From the NCBI GenBank assembly GCA_024653355.1, contig JANLFQ010000001.1, positions 640,576 to 704,575 on the forward strand: a DNA stretch of 64,000 nucleotides, in the 5' to 3' direction. Origin of the DNA: a candidate division WOR-3 bacterium (GTDB lineage: Bacteria; Hydrothermota; Tepidihabitantia; Tepidihabitantales; Tepidihabitantaceae). Positions 58,343 to 64,000 of the stretch are shown in pieces. The stretch's first letter is position 1. Every line of letters starts with the position of its first letter. The notes under the pieces were generated by a model. That model was not told the origin of the DNA. It was given only the letters and a program-made list of their open reading frames with translations, and searched no databases. The translations under genes were made by a program, and so were the position numbers.

Positions 58343-59545
58343 ATGAAAGTTCTTTACATCGCCACCGCCTATCCCAGGTCGGAAAGTGATGTCATAACCC
58401 CCTGGCTCGTTGAAACCGTCCAGCGCCTTCAAAAACATGGAATTCAAATAACCGTATTCACCTCCTCCTACAAAGGGTTAGGCAACCAGACAATTTTCGG
58501 CACCAGGGTGATAAGATTCCGTTACTTCTTTTCTCGCTGGGAAAAACTCACCCACGATGAAACCGCGATCGACCGCGTCCGGAAAGGGCTTCTGAACAAA
58601 ATTCTTGCCCTCTGTTATCTCATCTGCGGAACCGTTGCTATCTGGCGTTTATGCCGAAGTGAGAAGTTTGACATCATCCACATCCACTGGCCCCTGCCCC
58701 ATTTTCTTTTCGGATATGTGGCGGCAAAGATGTGCCGGGCACCAACGGTAATCAGTTTTCACGGTGCCGAATTGATGGCGGTCCGCCATAAATTTAAAAT
58801 CCTGCGCCCGTTTGTCCGCTGGGCAATTGCTCAAGCGGACCGAATAACCGCCAACTCCACCTACACCGTTCGAGCGATTCAATCAATACTAAATAAGCCT
58901 GTGGACATCGTACCATTTGGCGCTGGCTTACCCGAAAGTTCGTTAGTTGTCACCCAGCAACCACCGAGCCAGAACGATTACAATATCCTGTTTGTGGGCC
59001 GCCTTGTGGAACGGAAAGGGGTAAATTATCTAATCGAAGCCGCCGCCATTCTTAAACAGAAACTACCGGTGAAAGTGCATATCGTCGGCTCCGGTCCAGA
59101 GATGAACCGGCTTAAGCAACTCACTTCCCAGCTAAAAGTTGATGACACCGTGCTGTTTCACGGTCAGGTTTCTGCTTTGGACCTCCAGCAACATTATCAG
59201 GCCTGTTCGGTGTTCGTCCTGCCCGCAGTTATTGATTCCAAAGGTGACACCGAAGGCCTGGGTGTCGTGTTGATTGAAGCGCTTACCTACCAGAAACCAG
59301 TGGTGGCATCAGCCGTGGGCGGCATAACTGACATAATTATCAACGAAAAAACGGGCATTACCGTTCCTCCCGCCGACAGCACAAAACTTGCCGCCGCAAT
59401 TGAACGACTGCTTACCGATCGCGAACTGGCGGCTCGACTCGCCGCTGCCGGTTATCACCACATTCAGGAGAACTACTCCTGGACAACAATCATTCAGCGC
59501 CTCAGCGCTATTTATCAAAAATTACTTGCCGAAAGGCACGCCTGA
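58343..59545 (+). CDS. Glycosyltransferase family 4 (GT-B, retaining)
   Basis: 400 aa. EX7E motif EALTYQKPVVASAVGGITDII. GT4 N- and C-terminal halves. Confidence 0.85.
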   Translation: MKVLYIATAYPRSESDVITPWLVETVQRLQKHGIQITVFTSSYKGLGNQTIFGTRVIRFRYFFSRWEKLTHDETAIDRVRKGLLNKILALCYLICGTVAIWRLCRSEKFDIIHIHWPLPHFLFGYVAAKMCRAPTVISFHGAELMAVRHKFKILRPFVRWAIAQADRITANSTYTVRAIQSILNKPVDIVPFGAGLPESSLVVTQQPPSQNDYNILFVGRLVERKGVNYLIEAAAILKQKLPVKVHIVGSGPEMNRLKQLTSQLKVDDTVLFHGQVSALDLQQHYQACSVFVLPAVIDSKGDTEGLGVVLIEALTYQKPVVASAVGGITDIIINEKTGITVPPADSTKLAAAIERLLTDRELAARLAAAGYHHIQENYSWTTIIQRLSAIYQKLLAERHA

Positions 59546-60519
59546 TGGCTTCTCCCCCAGTGGCAAAAAGAAAACTAAACTGGCTTCGCTACACAGTAGG
59601 TACGGTAATCGTAGTTCTTTCCTTTTATTTCCTTATCGTAAGGCTCATCCGCGATTGGCGCGCAATTCCTTTTACCGAACTGCGCTTCAATCCTTTACTG
59701 CTCATTCTCTCCTACCTCATTCTGCTCTTGATCCATTTTCCTCTCGGTGCCTTCGCCTGGAACTTAATCCTCCGCGGGCTGGGCGAAAAACTTTCTCTGC
59801 GCCGCGCCCTTGCCATAATCACGGTGACCCAGCTGGGCAAATATGCACCAGGGAAGGTGTGGTTTACAATCGGTAGAATGTCATTCGCGGCTCAAGACCG
59901 GGTGCCTGAAGCCAAAACGCTCATCAGCGTTGTAATCGAAACAGGCTTTCTGCTCCTTGCGGCTGTTTTCCTCTTCGCCATCGCCATTATGTTTTTACCC
60001 TCCGCTTTAATTCCCCGCGGCGTCTACTTATCTTTTCTCCTCGCCCCCTTAACTCTAATCATCACCTATCCCCCGATTCTTAACCGGTTGCTCAAACTCC
60101 TCCTGCCGATTTTTAAACAACCGATATTTGCCCTGCGGCTTTCTTACACTCGGCTTCTTGCGATTCTCGGCGTCTATATTCTCGACTGGTTCTTTCAGGG
60201 ATTAGGTTGTTTTGTCCTGATAAACTCATTCTACCCCCTGGGTATTGACAAGCTGCCGATTCTGCTCGGCGGCTACTCAATCTCCTGGATTTTAGGATTT
60301 ATCATCCTGCTTGCACCGGCGGGGCTTGGCGTCCGGGAAGGTATTTATACATTCATATTAAAACTGGTAATGCCCCAGCCGGTTGCTATTATATCTGCGT
60401 TGATTACCAGAGTCTGGATGAGCACCAGTGAAGTGGCAATGGCTCTTTTCTGCCTGCCACTACTGCGCAAAGGAGGCAAAGATGGCAAAGAAACACCGCA
60501 GTCGTCAACCGGAAACTAA
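59545..60519 (+). CDS. UPF0104 / lysyl-PG-synthase-TM-like 'flippase-like' membrane protein
   Basis: 324 aa, about 8 transmembrane segments. RGLGEKLSLRRALAIITVTQLGKYAPGKVWF matches the LPG_synthase_TM/UPF0104 motif R..R…G…LG.Y.PG..G. ATGA overlap with the GT4 stop. Confidence 0.55.
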   Translation: MASPPVAKRKLNWLRYTVGTVIVVLSFYFLIVRLIRDWRAIPFTELRFNPLLLILSYLILLLIHFPLGAFAWNLILRGLGEKLSLRRALAIITVTQLGKYAPGKVWFTIGRMSFAAQDRVPEAKTLISVVIETGFLLLAAVFLFAIAIMFLPSALIPRGVYLSFLLAPLTLIITYPPILNRLLKLLLPIFKQPIFALRLSYTRLLAILGVYILDWFFQGLGCFVLINSFYPLGIDKLPILLGGYSISWILGFIILLAPAGLGVREGIYTFILKLVMPQPVAIISALITRVWMSTSEVAMALFCLPLLRKGGKDGKETPQSSTGN

Positions 60520-62965
60520 GCCGCCCGCCGATGCCACCCGGCACCGGACTTTTGACCTTAACCAGCAACCGTATCCGCGACTGGCAATCCTCGCCCTTTT
60601 TCTTCTTCCGCTTGTTTTTTATGGCCGCTTCCTCACCGGTTCAGTGATGCTCTTTGGCACCGACTTCATCGGTGCCGGAGGTTATGCTGCCCATCAGTTT
60701 ATGTCCGAATACATTAAGCGGCATCTAACTATTGCCCTCTGGCAACCCCAAATCCTCTGCGGTCAACCAACCGTTGCTGCCTTCTTTGGTGACCTGTTCT
60801 ACCCAACAATACTGCTTCGCCTGCTCTTTCCGGTACATGTTGTCTGGGCATGGACCTTCTATCTCCACACCTTTCTTGCCGGTCTCGGTACCTATCTCTT
60901 CTTAAAAGAACTGAAACTGACCACCCCTGCCGCATTCCTTGCCGGCGTCGCCTATATGTTCTCAGGTAGCCTTTTAACACTCGCTTATGCCGGTCACGAT
61001 GGCAGGCTGATCGGCTCCGCCCTTATGCCTGTTGCGCTGTTTTTCCTCTGCCGGGGTATTAATCGACGCCAGTTTCTCTTCTTCCTCCTCACCGGTTTAA
61101 CTCTTGGTCTCCAGCTCCTTTCGGGGCACATTCAGAAAGTTTATTACACCGCACTCCTTCTTGTCGCCTACTTTGTCTTTGCCTTCATCCGCACCATTCG
61201 CCAGGAGCGAAACCCGAAACTTGCCTTCCGACTTTTGCTGTTCTTCCTTGTTGGGTCACTTTTTGCCGTCTGCCTTGCTGCCATCCAGTACGCGCCAATC
61301 TACGGCAACCTCCCTTACGGCGCCCGGGGTGCAGAACGAGGCTACGAATTTGCCACTTCCTGGTCAATGCCTGTTGCCGAAATTTTTGACCTTCTCACCC
61401 CTCACTTCTCAGGTAGTCTATGGCACTATTGGAGCAAAAACCCGTTCAAACTTCACAGCGAATATCTAGGTATCCTGCCTTTGCTGTTCGCCCTGGTTGC
61501 GCTCTTCCGAACCCGTCAAAAAGCCGAGGTTAAATTCTTTCTTATAACCCTTGTGGTTGCCATCCTGATGGCATGGGGGGGCAACACACCATTCTATCGT
61601 ATCGCCTACTATCTGCTGCCCGGGATTTCTAAGTTTCGAGGCCCGGGAATGATATTCTTCATCGCCAGTTTCTCCATTGCGGTCCTTGCCGGGTATGGCA
61701 TCAATCACCTTTTAACTTATGATGCACAGAAAAGACAAAAAATAATAACGGGCTTTCCCCGCTTTCTTATCTACGGCGGCGGCCTCCTTCTGTTGTTTTT
61801 CTTCATCGCCCTTACCGCCCGCGGTATGTTTTCAACTATCTTCAACCCCGGTCCGCGCCTCGCACAATTTGAAGCCAACTACCCGGCATTCACCACCGGC
61901 TTAATATTCGCCGTTCTCATCTGGGCTCTCGGCTGCCTGTTTGTCTTTCTCCTCAACCGCAACGGACTTTCACCGCTCTTATTCACGACTGTTATTGCCC
62001 TGACAATGACTATTGATATCGGTGTTTCCCTGAAACTCTGGGATAACAATCAAGGGTACATCCGCTCAATCCCACCGCCGCAAGACTATTTTGCCCCGGA
62101 CGAAGTGGTACAATTCCTCAAAGGCGACACCACATTATACCGAGTTCTGCCGTTGAATTATGAACGCTCCGATGAAGGTGAACTCTGGTTACACAACATC
62201 TTTTCGACCGGCGGCCAAATACCGAATCCGCTGCAAACTTATCAAGATTTCATCGGTGCCGGCAAAAGCGTAATGTTTCAGGCGAACAATCTTCTCAATC
62301 CCAACTTTATGAACCTGCTAAATGTCAAATACATTATCACCTACAATCTGCCTGATGATGTCTCGCGCTACGACGCCCAGAGTCAGCAGTTCATCAACCA
62401 GTTAAAACTGTACTTCAGCCAACCCCAGTTCAAAAAAAGTTTTACCGGTGTCCGTTACGCCATTTATGAAAACTTGAACTGTTTGCCCCGGCTCTTCATC
62501 GTCAGAAATTGGGAAATCGTCCCGAACAAAGACCAGCTACTTTCCCGTCTTATGCAGAGCGACTTTAATCCGGCACAAACCGCTCTGTTGTACGAGAATC
62601 CTGGTCTGCCATTGACACCGGACTCAACCCCCTGCCACACCCGTATTATCCATTACGATGCCAATCGTATCACCGTCGAAGCATCCCTTGCCACTCCCGG
62701 CCTATTGGTGATGAGTGAAAACTACCACCCTGATTGGAAAGTCAAGGTTGACGGCAAACCGGCGAAACTCCTTCAGGCGTTCCATACCCTCAGGGCGGTT
62801 ATACTAACTGCGGGCGACCATCAGATTGAATTTCATCATCAACCGCGTTATTACACTCTGGGTATTATCCTTACCCTTTTCGCGACGCTGTTTCTGATTA
62901 TAATCCTGCTGTTCCATATTCTTCAGCGTCGGCACAATCGGATACCAAAAGCTGATGCTCGCTGA
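60482..62965 (+). CDS. YfhO-family GT-C membrane glycosyltransferase
   Basis: About 828 aa from the ATG after the AAGGAGG ribosome-binding site; the ORF track starts at 60428. Many transmembrane segments with a large extracytoplasmic C-terminal region. YfhO-like N-terminal pattern. Confidence 0.6.
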   Translation: MAKKHRSRQPETKPPADATRHRTFDLNQQPYPRLAILALFLLPLVFYGRFLTGSVMLFGTDFIGAGGYAAHQFMSEYIKRHLTIALWQPQILCGQPTVAAFFGDLFYPTILLRLLFPVHVVWAWTFYLHTFLAGLGTYLFLKELKLTTPAAFLAGVAYMFSGSLLTLAYAGHDGRLIGSALMPVALFFLCRGINRRQFLFFLLTGLTLGLQLLSGHIQKVYYTALLLVAYFVFAFIRTIRQERNPKLAFRLLLFFLVGSLFAVCLAAIQYAPIYGNLPYGARGAERGYEFATSWSMPVAEIFDLLTPHFSGSLWHYWSKNPFKLHSEYLGILPLLFALVALFRTRQKAEVKFFLITLVVAILMAWGGNTPFYRIAYYLLPGISKFRGPGMIFFIASFSIAVLAGYGINHLLTYDAQKRQKIITGFPRFLIYGGGLLLLFFFIALTARGMFSTIFNPGPRLAQFEANYPAFTTGLIFAVLIWALGCLFVFLLNRNGLSPLLFTTVIALTMTIDIGVSLKLWDNNQGYIRSIPPPQDYFAPDEVVQFLKGDTTLYRVLPLNYERSDEGELWLHNIFSTGGQIPNPLQTYQDFIGAGKSVMFQANNLLNPNFMNLLNVKYIITYNLPDDVSRYDAQSQQFINQLKLYFSQPQFKKSFTGVRYAIYENLNCLPRLFIVRNWEIVPNKDQLLSRLMQSDFNPAQTALLYENPGLPLTPDSTPCHTRIIHYDANRITVEASLATPGLLVMSENYHPDWKVKVDGKPAKLLQAFHTLRAVILTAGDHQIEFHHQPRYYTLGIILTLFATLFLIIILLFHILQRRHNRIPKADAR

Positions 62966-64000
62966 AGACCAGCGGATTACCAAAAAAGATTTCTTCCTTG
63001 CTCTATTTGCTTTTGTCATTACCCTAACTGTCCATCTAGTTCGTCTCAATTACTGGACACCGCTTCCCGATGAAATAAACTACGCCCTTTCTGCCCGTCA
63101 CCTCATAACCAACCGGACACTCATCGGCAACGACATTATGTTCTTTCCGCCTCTTTTTGTATATAGTGCCGCATTACTTCAAAAATTTGGCGTTGAATTA
63201 CTGCTCTCAGTCCGGCTCATTTCCTGTATTGCCGGTGCCCTAATTCTCACCTTGCTCTATCTCGGCTTGCGTGCCATTTATTCGCGCAAAACCACTCTTA
63301 TCGCTACCGGTATTACTTTCTCCCTTTTCACATTTCACCTGTATAGCCGGCTTGGTCAAGTGGAAATTCTTATGCTGATGTTTATCACTTTAAGCATAAT
63401 GGGCACTCTTCACAATAAACCATTCCTTGCGGGATTTTCTTTAGGTCTGGCATTATGGACAAAAGAAGCCGCCCTCGGGACACTTCTCAGTTTACTTATC
63501 TATTTCATTTTGCAGCGACAGGGTCGCGGTCGTTTGTTAACCCGTTTCCTCGCCGGTGTAACCGGTCCCTTTATTTTACTTCTGGTATTTGGTTTAATCT
63601 CCGGACAAAATTTGCTTTTAGAAATAATGGCAAGCCGGGGTTATGACATCAATATGTTAAAGTTGGCTCCTTTTGCCAATTTTATTGCCACCGGTGCGAA
63701 CCTGTCATTCAACCTGTTTCCCAGACTGTTTTATAAATGGGAATTTCTGGCATTTGTACTCCTGGCTCCTGTTACTACACTCTTTTTTCTGTTCCTGACG
63801 ATTAAAAGTGGTCTTAAATCAAGACCTTTCCCATTACTAATAACCTGCTACCTTTTAGTTCATCTAACTTTCTTCTTCTTTTTCTCCCGCAAGTTCGACT
63901 ACTATCTTCTACCCGCGGCAATGTTAATTGTTTTGGTAAGCAGTTGTGAACTGTTCGAACACGAAAATTCAGTTAAATTGCAGTTTATCGGGAAAATACT
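62955..64000 (+). CDS. GT-C fold glycosyltransferase, PMT_2/ArnT-like (3'-partial at window edge)
   Basis: Open frame to the end of the window, at least 348 aa and polytopic. DE motif in the first loop (WTPLPDEINYALSARHL). 11-nt overlap with the yfhO stop. Not in the ORF track because it is not closed. Confidence 0.55.
   Translation, partial: MLAEDQRITKKDFFLALFAFVITLTVHLVRLNYWTPLPDEINYALSARHLITNRTLIGNDIMFFPPLFVYSAALLQKFGVELLLSVRLISCIAGALILTLLYLGLRAIYSRKTTLIATGITFSLFTFHLYSRLGQVEILMLMFITLSIMGTLHNKPFLAGFSLGLALWTKEAALGTLLSLLIYFILQRQGRGRLLTRFLAGVTGPFILLLVFGLISGQNLLLEIMASRGYDINMLKLAPFANFIATGANLSFNLFPRLFYKWEFLAFVLLAPVTTLFFLFLTIKSGLKSRPFPLLITCYLLVHLTFFFFFSRKFDYYLLPAAMLIVLVSSCELFEHENSVKLQFIGKI

Noticed and set aside
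1-64000. CRISPR arrays, insertion-sequence elements, integrases, phage genes
   Set aside because: No short direct repeats with regular spacers. No transposase, recombinase or phage structural motifs in any frame. The window appears to be core chromosome.

Overview
This 64-kb window is a gene-dense chromosomal segment at roughly 55% GC, apart from a roughly 10% GC block in the first 100 nt. It looks like part of a Gram-negative bacterium with an outer membrane. The window contains at least five proteins carrying Bacteroidota-style type IX secretion (T9SS) C-terminal sorting domains. In contrast, its translation and transcription signals are classical: strong AAGGAGG ribosome-binding sites and TTGAC(T/A)-N16/17-TATAAT promoters. 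Together these point to an uncultivated lineage of the Fibrobacteres-Chlorobi-Bacteroidetes (FCB) superphylum rather than to Bacteroidia. That assignment is inference from sequence signals only.

Most of the window is ordinary housekeeping:
- glyA, eno, an FtsB-like gene, nusA, infB, a DUF503 gene, uppP, miaB, lapA/lapB, mutS, clpC, bamA, rpsT, hppA and trmI
- three tRNAs: Leu-CAA, Ala-GGC and Phe-GAA
- a four-gene operon trmI plus a BtuFCD/FecBCD-type ABC importer (substrate-binding protein, permease, ATPase)
- a second Omp85-family protein, a SurA-like chaperone, a transglutaminase-like lipoprotein and an extracellular EEP-family nuclease/phosphatase

The T9SS-tagged cargo genes are an NHL-repeat protein, a 1051-aa multi-propeller protein, a 476-aa protein, an 858-aa multi-domain protein and an arylsulfotransferase-like propeller.

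I found no CRISPR array, no transposase or integrase, and no prophage genes. The candidates most worth follow-up are:
1. An orphan GspE/PilB-family ATPase encoded with its own hybrid histidine kinase, a single REC protein, a small SLBB protein and a tandem GNAT acetyltransferase. No pilin, platform or secretin genes are nearby.
2. A T9SS cargo gene followed 13 nt later by a short FadL/PorV-like outer-membrane barrel.
3. A four-gene envelope glycosylation cluster (GT4, flippase-like UPF0104 protein, YfhO, a PMT/ArnT-like GT-C enzyme) at the 3' edge.
4. Two long non-coding regions (23.3-23.9 kb and 44.4-45.2 kb) and an upstream ORF/hairpin leader before the GNAT gene, any of which could hold regulatory RNAs.
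5. A recurrent CTTGACTTT extended -35 motif.

All functional calls come from recognising motifs in the provided translations. No database search was possible.
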